NCBI RefSeq assembly: GCF_000143415.4
Contig: NW_003314301.1
Location: 1,642,912 to 1,706,911 of the forward strand
DNA length: 64,000 nt
Reading direction: 5' to 3'
From: Selaginella moellendorffii
Taxonomy: Eukaryota; Plantae; Lycopodiophyta
Part shown: positions 12,560 to 24,434 of the stretch, piece after piece
Layout of the letters: every line of letters starts with the position of its first letter
Position numbering within the stretch: the first letter of the stretch is position 1
Notes under the pieces: generated by a model
Told to the model about the DNA's origin: nothing
What the model saw: only the letters and a program-made list of their open reading frames with translations
The model's database searches: none
Program-made: the position numbers and the translations under genes

Positions 12560-14347
12560 ATTAAAAGGATTTTTAAAGTTGCTTTGCTTATTAGCAAGAG
12601 TTCTTGTAAGAAATGTTTATTAAAATTTAATATAAGCATGATGCATTATCCAAAATAGTAAATACTATCTCATTCATGAAGCTATTTAGCGATTTTTTGG
12701 ATGAGTTTATGGAGTTTATTAATTTCAACTCTTTTATCACTAATATTTGAGCAAAGGTTTTGTTAAGGGATATCTTTACAGATATGAAGGGTGACAAATT
12801 TGCATCATTTAAGATACACGATGGAATTCTGGTGAAGAAGGGACATGTGGTGATTCCTTATGTTGACAAACTCATTAAATAAATTTTGGTTAAGTGTCAT
12901 GATGTGCTAGGTATTGGGCATTCAAGGGCACTAAAAATATATATATTGGTGAAGAGGCATTTTTTTGGCCTAAGATGAAGTCAAATATTAAAAAGTATAT
13001 ATATGATTGTTTGACTTATTAAAAGGTTAAAGTTAATCATCAAAAGTTTGCTAGTCTCTATCATCCTTTACATAAGCCACTCGTGGACAAGTTATTAGTA
13101 CCTTAGAGGAGCTGCATGACATAAACTCCCCCAAGGATGCTATTTGGGTTATTTTGGATCATTTAACAAAGATGGCTCTAGTGAAAATAACAATTAAAAC
13201 TTTTAAACTTGCTTAGTTTTTTATAAATTAATTATTCAGCCTCTATAGTTTGCCAAGTGATATTGCGAGTGATCGAGATCTCAAATTCACTTCTAAGTTT
13301 TGGCAAATAGTCTTTAAGAAACTAAAGACTAAGTTGAGTATAAATAGTGGTGAGCATCCACAATTAAATGAGCAAACAAAGCATATGAATCAGATGTTAG
13401 AAGATATAATAAGGTTTTTTATAGGAAACTTAACTCAACAAAGAGCACAGGAGTACTACTTGTCTTTGCTCATAATAGCATTCATTAATCAGTTATTGGT
13501 GTGTCTCCATTTATGGTGATGTATGGTTATAAGGCTAAATCTCCTATGAGTTTGACTTTGACTTTGGTTTGGGTACTTTATGCTTGTGATTTCTTTATGC
13601 AAGCCAAGCTTGAGTTGGCAAAACTGAATATGAGGCAAATTCAAGATTGAGACAAAAGATTGGTTGATAACTATCATCATTATCAAAAGTACAAAGTTAG
13701 TGACAATGTTTTTCTTAAATTATTAATTGCATAATGGTCTTTGAAAAAAGGTGGTAGTGTTAAGTTGTCTCCATAATATTGTGGGTCTTGGACAATTTTA
13801 CAATGTGTGGGGGATCTTGCTTACACTTTGGACTTGTTAGCTAGTTTAAAGATTCATTTAACATTCCATATAATCATGTTAAAAGTGTGTTTGCACTCTA
13901 ATGATCAATCCATCATCCAAGTCCCAAAGATTTATGTTGAGAAGGTTAGTCCAGCCAATATTCTTACTTAAAATATTGGTGAAAACTTGCCGTAAGATAA
14001 TTTGGGAATTATTAGTTTGTAGAATAGTAATTCCATAAACGAAGTTATATGGGAAATTGATGATGATGTGAAGAAAGTGTTTTCAAGTTTTAACAATCCT
14101 AAGGAAGGGGAAAATTGAGTTCTATAACCATATTGCTATATGATTTAATCCATTTGTTTTGTTCTCATTCTCTTGTTTTCATGACTGTATTATCATATAA
14201 AAAATTTATATTGCTTTTTTTCTTTCATGGCTATTTTGTTACCATTTGCACATCCTTTCTCTATAGCTGTATTGCATTGGACTCCCTTCCTGTAAAACTC
14301 ATTTAGCTTCTTGAGGCTGTTATATGTGGCTGGATCATAAAATGATA
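12560..14347 (+). mobile_element. Decayed 3' part of a Ty3/gypsy element (integrase, PPT, 3' LTR)
   Basis: LPSDIASDRDLKFTSKFW..HPQLNEQT integrase core. PPT AAGGAAGGGGAAAA at ~14101, followed by a TG...CA segment at ~14116-14347. Confidence 0.7.
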
Positions 14348-14389
14348 CAAACCACAAGAATATTCTAAGAATATTTTATGGCCCAGGGT

Positions 14390-15900
14390 TCACTCCAGGT
14401 GGGTTCTACTTAAGCTGCCAAAGGGGCATTGCAATTTTTTTGAGGATGAGCTGCCACCATGGTACACCAGCGGCAGATAGTTTGATGCTTGTGGCCGAGC
14501 CTTCCTCGTGCAAGGAGAGCCAGCTTTATGTGCAAGAAGCTCAGGTGTAAACCACAGCAATGACTCACTGCGACTCATGTTGCATAGCATGTTGGTGAAT
14601 TCCCTATCAGGCAGATTGATTGTCATGAGTTGGATCTTTCCAAACTATCCGTAAGAACTTCGGTAGTATAAGTGTTACTATGATCATACCTGGGGTATCT
14701 TGTGCTCGTAATCTGAGTAGGGAAAGTTTGGGCAGTTGTTCCCATGGAACTTGATATAAGCTCGATCATAAATCCTGTGATTAAACATCTTATAAAAAAC
14801 ATTTCTAGGAAACAAAGAAGAAAAACCTGGCTGCAGCTTCCTCATTGTTGCATGAGCTTATGTAAATCTGCTTGCTCTTTTCTCATCAGCAAAAAGAGAA
14901 AATCAGCATGACTGTCAAAGAACTTCTTTGAGAAAGCCAGAGATAAAGAGAATCTGACATCCTCACCAAATGTGTGTCTCCCACCGCTTGATTCGCTTGT
15001 AAAACAAACTCCAATGTAGAGGGACGACTTATTAGTGTATCTCCTCGCTGACTTCGGCGGGTTTCGCTTCCTTTTGCCTGATTCTTGTTGCTTGGATGAT
15101 GCCACGATCTCCCTGGTCTTCTTCATAGCACATCTCTTGATCTTAGAGCTTGGGCTGTGAGACGAAGTCTTCATCAAAGAAGTCAGGCTTGGACGTCTCT
15201 CCATCACTGAGGCTGGAAACGTTGGAGATGAGATCGACCTCTTCCTCCTCGAATACGTAATACACATCCTCCACGTCGTTGTGACCACAGCGCTCCTTTC
15301 CATGGAAGACATCGTATCTACATCTAAAGGTTGCAAGGAAGCTAAGTTGGCAGCCGCCTTGGTCGCAGCCCGAGTGGCCATGGAGGGGGCCTCCCTCTTC
15401 TCTGTGGCGATCTCACCGGATGATCATCATCACCAGACTCAACATCGGTGGATAAACTCGAGTTCGCTGGTTCTTCACTGCCATCTTCTTCAGTCTCCGA
15501 TTGGGCAGCCCATGATGACGAGGAATCCGAGCATGCAGCGCTTGCCAACTCTACTGCTGCCATTGCTGGTGATGGCACTGCTAGACAGCGTTGCTTTGTT
15601 CTTGGCGCCCTTGATGTTGCTGGAGGTACCGGGGGCAATGCAATAGGGGCTCAGGATCATCACCATGATCATGAGGAGGAGGTGTTAGCACTGGCATTGG
15701 ATCAGCTGGAGGGACTTCCAAACATGCTGGCTAGTTGGAGGTGGAAGACGATGGGGTGACGGCCATGGAAAATCTTTCGCTCTCACCTTTCGTGCCGAAC
15801 GCCGACAAAGAGTATGCTTGATGGTGGGATCCTGATCCGGGGACGTGGGCATGTCGTAATCATCTAGAAGAACCTGGAATCTCATTGCAAGAACCTCCAT
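14390..15900 (-). pseudogene. Divergent double-AP2-domain transcription factor, copy 1 (frameshifted, 3' truncated)
   Basis: SSLYIGVCF, a frameshift, then KRIKRWETHIW, KQIYISSCNNEEAAAR, YDRAYIKF..NFPYSDY and linker INLPDREFTNML; resembles euAP2 repeat 1. Confidence 0.65.
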
Positions 15901-15959
15901 TGCTAGGAGCTCTATCGACAGGCACAAAGAGGTGTGGGAAGTTTGGCGACTGGGTTCAC

Positions 15960-16360
15960 AACTACATGAGCTTGACTTAGTTTTAAGTTATTGCATTAAG
16001 TTGCAAGAAATTGGCTTATATAACTTAATTTTTTGTCATTAAGCTTGTTAATATTTTCAGTTGATATTTGTAACTACAATTTAAGATTCAATAGTTAGTT
16101 AGAATATGCAGTTATTATTAGTAGTCATTATTTGTGACTAGATTTAAAGTCAAAATTATCAATTATTGTTAGTTGGCATTTGTAGTTGCAAATTATGACT
16201 AAATTTTAAGTAATTTATAATGGTTATAAAACTTTCTAAAAAATATTCGATATGTTGTTATTTGTGACTAAATTTTAAGTCAATTATAATAGTTATAAAC
16301 CAGAAAATATGTCAAAAAATAAAGTTATAAATATAGTGGTAAATTTAAGTCATTATTTAT
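15960..16360. repeat. AT-rich degenerate repeat array (TTTGTGACTAAATTTTAAGTCAA-like), possibly DNA-transposon subterminal repeats
   Basis: At least four imperfect copies of the motif; no clear terminal inverted repeat found. Confidence 0.4.
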
Positions 16361-16729
16361 CACTGCTGGGCTTTGAGAAATAGTGCTGCACAATGATCAA
16401 ATATCAAAAATCAACTTCTTTAGCCAAGCATACTTGATTTGAAGAGTGATTCTGAGAATTACAAATTTGACTATAGAAACCATTGCTGTAGGCTGTTTTG
16501 ACTCTTGAAAGTAAAGTAAACACTTTATTGACGAGCACAAATCTTGTTCTTCATGATAACAAGAGGAGCTCAATCAATGACCAACAAATAGCTGGAACAA
16601 GAAGTTAGTATATATATATATATTCCAAAATACCTAATCCTTATGATGGCCAAAAGTGTCATAATAAAAATATAGAAGCCCTCGAATGAGCAGATATATG
16701 CAGCTTTTGTTGGCCACAAGAAAAGCGAA

Positions 16730-17035
16730 GAATATTTAGAGAGCTTGTAATGTTTTTCTAGAAAGAACTAAAGAACTCCCTGCAGGGTAATCAGACAGTA
16801 TTCAGGAAGTAACAAACTCAAAAACATCACATACTTGTAAGTGAGTACTCTTTTCTTGATCAATAGCAAGCAAAATTCTCCCATAACTTGTCTGTTCATA
16901 CTATGAGAAAGCTGTCTGCATTCACCAGCGACTACCCACTGCAAAGCCCTAATTGTTGTACACTTTCTTCACCTCTTCGATGTCCTTTTTGCCATAATTG
17001 CCCTCTAGTTTCGCTTTCTGGATGTCCCAAGTTTG
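16730..17035 (-). pseudogene. 3' fragment of farnesyl diphosphate synthase
   Basis: QKAKLEGNYGKKDIEEVKKVY, F.*YEQTSYGRILLAIDQEKSTHLQ, an intron, then GVL*FFLEKHYK. Matches the FPPS C-terminus; contains internal stops. Confidence 0.6.
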
Positions 17036-19340
17036 CAAACAAGCTTCCCCACCTTAGTTTTAGCAAGTATGTACAAGTTCTGGAAAAAAAATTATTAACA
17101 AGTTTTTGCTTGTTATTGATCAAGCAAACTGCGCCCAACGCAAAGTCCGAAGCATCCGTTTCTACCTCAAAGTCCTTACCAAAGTCTGGTAATGCCAACA
17201 CGGGAGCTTTCCTCAACTTCCCTTTGAGGTGGACGAATGCCGCCTCGCATTCCGCTGTCCATACCATCTTCCCTTTTCCTGTTTGGTCCGTTAAGGGCAT
17301 GGCTACTCTCAAATAGTGTCTGATAAACTTTCGATAGTAGTTGCGTAGCCCCAAGAACGCCCTCAACTCATGTACATTTGATGGTCGCTCCCATTCCTGG
17401 ATCGCTTGGACCTTCTCCGGGTCCACCTTAAGCCCGTCCTAGCCCACCACATGCCCGAGAAACTTTACCTTTGAAGCAAGACAACCATCCAGTAGCGTTC
17501 TTCTCGAAGAAGTTAAACAAGGCTCAAAGGAAGTGGCCTGCCCACGAGAAGGAATTATTTGTGGTGGTCAAGGCACTCAAGGAGTGGCGACACTACGTTA
17601 GGAGACACTTCAAGGTTTACACGGACAATGTGGCAATGAAACACTTCTTGTCACAGCCTGATCTGAGAGGGAAACAAGGTCAGTGGGCCAATGCCTTGGC
17701 CGAGTTTGATTGTGAGATTCTGTACAAGCATGGGAAGAGCAACATCATGGCTGATGCCCTAAGTCGAAAAACGAGCTTGAGGTTGGCGCTATCCAGCGCA
17801 ACAGCAACCTTCTGGGACGATGTGCGGATAGCATATGAGAACGATGGTCTAGCACAAGAAGTGCTGCTGAGGAATCTAGAGGCACGGGAAGCTCACCAGA
17901 GAGGTGAGCTGCCAACGGAAGAGAAAACAGGCTATGAGGAACGCAACGGACTCATTTATTACAAGCAAACGAGGGTGTATGTTCCAGAAGGGGAACTAAG
18001 GAAGGTAGCCTTAGAAGAGTGTTATGACGGACCTCTTGCGGGACACGGCAGAGTGCCCAAGACGATGGGCTTACGCAAGAGGAAGTACCATTAGCCAGAT
18101 ATAGCAAAGGACGTCCAAGACTATGTAAAGACATGTCCAACATGTCAGCAGGTCAAAGCCGTGACTAAGGCTAGGGGGGGCTTGTTGCAAAGCATCCCAA
18201 TTCCAGATCGTTCGTGGAAATGTCTTATGATGGACTTCATCACGGAACTTCCCCCAAGCGAGGGGTTTGATGCGATATTCGTGGTGGTGGACCGATTTTC
18301 GAAAATGACACATTTCATACCCACCACAACGGAAGTGGATGCGGAAGGTGTGGCGAAGCTATTCTTCGAGCAAGTGGTTCGAATGCGGGGAAGGCCGGAA
18401 GAGATTATCTCAGATCGAGATAAGATCTTCACTAGTAGGTTCTGGAGGACTCTCCTGAAATAGTATCGCACCAAGTTGAAATTCAGCACAGCCTATCACC
18501 CACAGACAGGTATTGGGTATTAAGTCAAGTTTGATGGCACTAACACTTTTTGACAGACGGACAAACGGAAAGGGTGAATAGGCAGCTGGAGGATTATTTG
18601 CGATGCTACGAGGATTGACCTAAGGTTAGGATACTACCAGATCAGGGTAGCTAAGGAAGATGTCGAGAAGACAACTTGTCAAATGAGGTATGGGAGCTTT
18701 GAGTTTCTGGTGATGCCCTTTGGGCTATGCAATGCGCCGGCAACGTTTTCGGCGTTGATGAACCACATCTTTGTACCCTATCTGGATCACTTCGTGGTTG
18801 TCTATATCGACGACATTCTGATCTATAGCGAGACGCTAGAGGAGCATGCCGAACACTTGGAGAAGGTATTTGAGAAACTAAGGGAACACAAACTGTATGC
18901 TAAAGAGAGCAAATGTGACTTTGCTCTCTTCATTTACCTTGCTCTTTCGGCAGAATTCAGGATCAAACCAGCAGCTCTCATCAATGATTTGATCCGGAAG
19001 TCAAAAAGTATGGCAGCTCCAAAGGAGGTGAACACAACATGCTTGATATTCCCCTTCTGGCAAGCTTCCATTACATTTCAAGTGCCATCTATAGCAGGTT
19101 TTAACACAGCCTATCAATGACAGTTGTATTGTCAATAAGAACAAAAAATCCCCAAGAAAGAAGAAAACTCACATTTGGATCCTCAAAGTTTAGAGCAACC
19201 GGACAAGCTGTATGGAAGACAACATCACAGCCACAAACAGCGGGCGCAAGAGAGTCATAGTCGAGAACATCAGCTCTAAACAGCGATAATCTCCCCAGCT
19301 CCAAGGAGCTTCTTCAGATGCCCATACTTCTCATTGTTAT
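17036..19340 (-). pseudogene. Cinnamoyl-CoA reductase/DFR-like SDR fragment, split by a gypsy insertion in an intron
   Basis: [54 protein letters not shown] and NLYILAKT (YxxxK motif). Stop codon and frameshifts present. Confidence 0.8.
17120..18929 (+). mobile_element. Ty3/gypsy pol fragment (RT, RNase H, integrase), circularly permuted, with an inversion at 17124-17470
   Basis: [30 protein letters not shown] at 18611-18928. RT end and ETDASDFALGAV on the minus strand. RNase H and integrase (zinc-binding region, [24 protein letters not shown]) at 17471-18610. Confidence 0.9.
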
Positions 19341-19410
19341 CTGGAATCCAAAGGAATCAAAAGCCAAGAATCGATCAATACATAATTGTAACTTTTTTCT
19401 AGAAAGAACG

Positions 19411-20175
19411 ACAGACATAGCCATTCCCACCTAGGCATTGGATAGCCTGGACATGATTTGAGAATTAGGAACAGACTAGAATTATGAAAGAGCTTGCCTG
19501 CAAAGCCATTTGAGTTGCATTCTCTAATGAAATAGCTGCAGCACAATCCTGTAGACAAGGCTTTAGTCTAGAAATCCACAGCATTTTGTCAGTTGAATAT
19601 TACCTTTCTAAATATGTGACCAGCATCACAGCTTCGAGCAACAGAATGAACTAGAGCCCTGTTAAAACCAAATTGTAGACAATTCAGGAAACAAATGCTG
19701 GCAAATCGACATTCTACCTGGAAGCTTGCATCTTAGTGTACATATCAGCTAGCTTTCCCTGTAACATCAAAGCTCTTGAAAAGTGTGTATGAGAAAGGAG
19801 AAAAATACCTATATAAGTTGAAACTCTCCTATAGGCTTTCCAAATTGTTCCCTTTGGCACACATAGGGAAGAACCACGTCCATGCAAGCTTGCATGAGAC
19901 CCAAAGGACCAAATGCCAATAAAAGCCTCTTCAAATCCAGCCCAAACATCATCACATAAACACCTGTTAGTAACAAGTTCAATCTTGAAACCTAGCAAGC
20001 TCACCTCTTCCTTCCTGACCAAGAATGTTCTTCAGAGGCACAAAGCAGTCCTGAAACACCAACTTGCACCTAAATAAAAATGTTAGGACATGTGTTCTTA
20101 CAATGTAGAAGATTGACAACCTAAGTATCACGTCCACACAATCCAAGTTTGTCTAGTTTTTGAGCTGTTGTGAAT
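19411..20175 (-). pseudogene. IVD: Internal fragment of isovaleryl-CoA dehydrogenase, introns retained
   Basis: [69 protein letters not shown] and AIQCLGGNGY, in the order expected for IVD. Confidence 0.85.
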
Positions 20176-22178
20176 CTGGAAGGAGTTAATTGTTAGACTA
20201 GCAGGGCTCATCATCGGACTTGAGTAGCACCAAGCTGTTGATCACTGAGAGACCTCGATTTAATTTTCTTCATACCTTGGAGGGCAAACTCCAGCAGGCT
20301 GTGGATCATGAGTACCTCCTCATTGATCAATGCTATGGAAGAAAAGGATCTAAAAATATTTGGGAAGCTACACCTTTGAACCTAAACAAGCCAGTGAGGA
20401 TCCTTGTGACTTGTTCCTGCCCTCTCCACATCCTGGCACCCCCACGTTTGTAGAGGATCTCCATTGCTCCAACAATTCTGATCCATGCTACAGTCCGTCC
20501 CCTACTAATTCTAGGGTAATCTAACCCAAGCTTTTATTTTAATCATGATTTATATTTTTGCTCTCCACAAAATTTTCATACCCATTGCTTCTACCTTCAA
20601 CTTTATCATAGCTATAATTTTCAGCCTAAAATTTTTTTTGTTATAACCTCATTAGAAAAAATATAAATAAAATATTTACAAACTTGTTTTGAAGACTTTG
20701 AATTCCTCCTAAACTAATTTTGTTCAAATTTTTTACCTTTTGTCATGTAACAACTTACTTCAAATTACTTTTCCCAACTTGATTTTCTACATACCTTTTA
20801 ACAGCTTCAATTCTTTGCACACCTTGTTAGATCGTATAGGGTAGCAGTGGAACCTAGGATTGCAGCACTGCCGCAACATTGCAGTATGGTTCTGCTGCTC
20901 CTCTATATGATCTAACAGGATTGAAGTGAGGCATGATGCAAAACAAGAAAGCAAAGGAACTAAAGAACTAGAGAAACAAAGGTTGAGCAAATTAGAAGAG
21001 ATTCTCTCCTTTTTCTTCTACTGGAAAGAGACCACGAACTAAGGACGATCTTTTTCTTAAAGGTTCTGAAAAATCGTGGCCGTCCACAATGCGCAGCCGC
21101 CCATTAAAGCTTTACGTATCAGTGCACGTCCGTATGCAGTGTCGCGTACGTTACTCGTTTGACACCTGTGTAAGATAAGTATCGACACTGATTCAGTGGA
21201 GTCCTAGTCAGCGAATTGTTACTCCTTATTCCTCCAAAGTGCATGAATTCTGGTGAGACAACAAGAAATCTTGAGCATGTGACAATGTGCGTCAAATGCG
21301 CGGCATGCATCAGAGGTCAATCGGAATGCAACACGTACCTCTTGAAAGTTATTGTGTGTTGGTGAATGGGAGCTAACAGATATGAACATTTGAAAGTATC
21401 CACCTGAAGAATGCATTGAAAATCACATTTTACTTGTGTACCAAAGCTGAGGAACTATAATTTGCATCTAAATCCTACCATGAAGAATTACTTGCATAAC
21501 AAAACTGGAAATCACTTCGTCACAGATCAAAGGGAGCAGCCTGAATTTTTACAAAAGAATTGCGGGCAGTTCTTTGTGGAAATTTAAGAAGGATTTTCAT
21601 TGCGGATTTGGTATTGTCATTGTGGAAGGAAGTAAAATATGTAGAAGCCTATAAAACCTTTTTCCTAATCCTCATTCCTCACGAGCCACAAGGAGATCAA
21701 TTTCCATGTCCACCATACCTTGATTAGCTGCGGCACCCATTATTGCTGCATTACATTCAATTTCGAAACAGAAATGCACTTGAAATATAAAAATCCCCAA
21801 AGAGAAGCGGCAGATTCCAGTCAAGTAGCTACTCTTCGGCTCTTTGGTTATTGGCAATATGGTCAAATTGTAAATTGTGGGACCCACCATTCCTGGACCG
21901 TTGAATATTTCGAGCTAAGTGAGAGGCTTTCCCTCTTTTTTAAGCAACAGAAATGTGATGCCCCTCCAAGACATCAACAGTTACTTCCTTCGCGCTCCTT
22001 GAGAATGTTATTAAAATTCAAATTTGTTTTCTGCTTTTATGTACGACTTGCTCACTCAACATTCGGACTCACGACTGGGATATTTTATTCCGGTCACCGT
22101 CCCCTTGGGATGTTATTGTAAAGCACTCACGAGAAAAAAGTAATGGCACTGTCATGGTGAAGCACTCACGCAAGAAAA

Positions 22179-23880
22179 CTAGTGATCATCTAGTTTCCTT
22201 GCTGCCCTCCAAGCCCTTCGAAACATGGCTTTGAGGTCTCCCCAAACCTCCCTCGTGAGACTTGACTTGGGAGCTGCTGGTGGATCATAGTTGCTGCTTC
22301 CTCCACCCTAACTGTGGCAGCATTTGTCTTCTGCTTGACCTTCCTATCATGAACGCTGTACGCTCCCTTTTCTGTTCAGACCGTGCAGATTTCTTATGTA
22401 CTGAATGAAGTCATTCTCAGCCAAGGTGATCCACTGTAATATCGTTAGATGGTAAATCAATCAGAACATGCAAACACAATCACCTGTGGCATCTCGTCAG
22501 TGTAGTTTTCATATGTGAAGTGGAGGTTTTTCTCCCCACTGAAGAATCTGATAGCCCCTCAATCAGTTCCTGTCAAAACAATGTGTTAGAAACAAGTGGA
22601 GTTTTAGTTTTTATTGAACCTTGCTGCCTCCTCTTGTGTCTCATATGCCCCTGCGCTTGGAAATTCAAACATAAACAATGGCTCTTTAAATATATAACAA
22701 AAAGCTCACGCAGTCGAATCGTACGACGCCTCAGCCTGCGGCAAAGATGAAAACCACAGTGTTAGAATGCTGAAGGTCTTTTGTTGGCTTAGATCAAATT
22801 TTACACTCAAGTAATGCAACTTGAGTCTGATCTTGGCATCATCCAAGTAGCTAGTGCTTACGTTATGGAAGCCGCCCAAGGGGCTTTGCGATTTTTGAGA
22901 AGATACACTCCGTTATGGTTTGATGCTCGAGGCTGAGTCTCCTTCGTCCCAGCGCCATATGCAAGAAGCTCCGGTGTATAGCAGAGCAACGACTGGCCAC
23001 ATGTTGATGAACTCCTTGTTGGGGAGATTGATCCACTGCAGCGAAAATCCAAGTGTTACATCGATCTTTAGAACTACCTGGAAGAACTAGTCTATAAGCG
23101 TTCCTATGATCATACCTGGGGTATCTTGTGCATGTAGTCTGAGTAGGGAAAGTTTGGGCAGTTTGTCCCACGGAACTTGATGTAAGCTCGGTCATAGATC
23201 CTATTACTTATCAAAAAGTTTCTAGGAAAGAAAGAAGAAGACGAAGAACCTGGCTGCGGCTTCCTCGCTGCTGCATGAACCTATATAAATCTTCTTGTTG
23301 CTTTTGATGATCAGGAAAGAGAGAGAAAAAAAAAACCAAGTGTTTCTCTTCCTTGTAAAGGTTCTTCTCACTTGGATGTATGCCACGATCTCCCTGGCCT
23401 TCTTCTTCGCACCCTTAGACGTTTTGATCCTAGAGCTCGAGCTGCGAGATGAAGCCTTGATCGCAGTCGAGGTTGGGAGTCTGTCCGTCGCTGAAGGTGA
23501 TAGCAGACCTGTTCCTCCTCGAATACGTAGCACACATCCTCGGGGTCCTCGGGATCAAAGTGGAAGTCGTATCTAAATCTAAAGCTTGCTTGGAGATCCT
23601 CAAAGAAGCCCGAGTGAATCGCTTGGTGGCAGCCTTTGTTGCGGCCCAAGTGGCTATGGAGGGCACGTCCTTCTCCTCCATGGCAATCGCTGGATTATCA
23701 TCACCACCCGACTCACCAGCGATGGAAGACAAGCTCGCTGGTTCTTCACTGCTATCTTCTTCAATATTCTCCAATATAATGATGAAGAGGTATCCAAGCA
23801 TGCAGACAACTCCATTGCTTCCATCTCTAGTGCTAGACAGTGTCGCTTTGTTCTTCAATGCTGCTAGAGCTACTGGGGGC
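22179..23880 (-). pseudogene. Divergent double-AP2-domain transcription factor, copy 2 (5' end lost at the LTR nest, internal deletion)
   Basis: KKIYIGSCSSEEAAAR, YDRAYIKFRG..NFPYSDY, RASNHNGVY, GAYETQEEAAR and HFTYENY. DNA is clearly paralogous to 14390-15640. Confidence 0.7.
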
Positions 23881-24434
23881 TGTAAGGGGTTCCAAAAGTA
23901 TAATAGAAATAGTGAGGTTTAGGATAGAGTCTTGAAAGAACTCTCTAATGGTGCTTTTAAATTAACTTGATATTGGGAATTAGGGTTAATAACTTTGGGT
24001 GGGAGTGAGTATAGACTTGGGTGGTGTTAAAAAAGCCACCTAAAGAAATGCTCAAAAGTAACTCTCACTTTTGGAAAGGAAACTGATTGCGGTGCTCCCC
24101 GCTCATATAGAGTGGTGCCCCATTTGAATATCATGTGGTTTATTAGTCCTCACTTGTTCTGCATTACCATTATTTATAGTCTTTTGCTTTTTTTTTCGCT
24201 TCTCATCACATTTTAACTTACATATGAGGGTCTATTGGTATATGCCAATTGTCCTTCTAGAGTGTTCAATCGAGCCTTGGATGACAAAACTTCACCACTA
24301 GACTATTGTTTCGTGCCTTGACTCAATGGTGGTGTTAGCAAGTATAACTATAGATGGAAAGGGACTTAGTAAAGACTGAAGAAGGGATATTGGGGAAGGG
24401 TATTCCTCATGTCTCTGAACATCCCAAAGATGTT

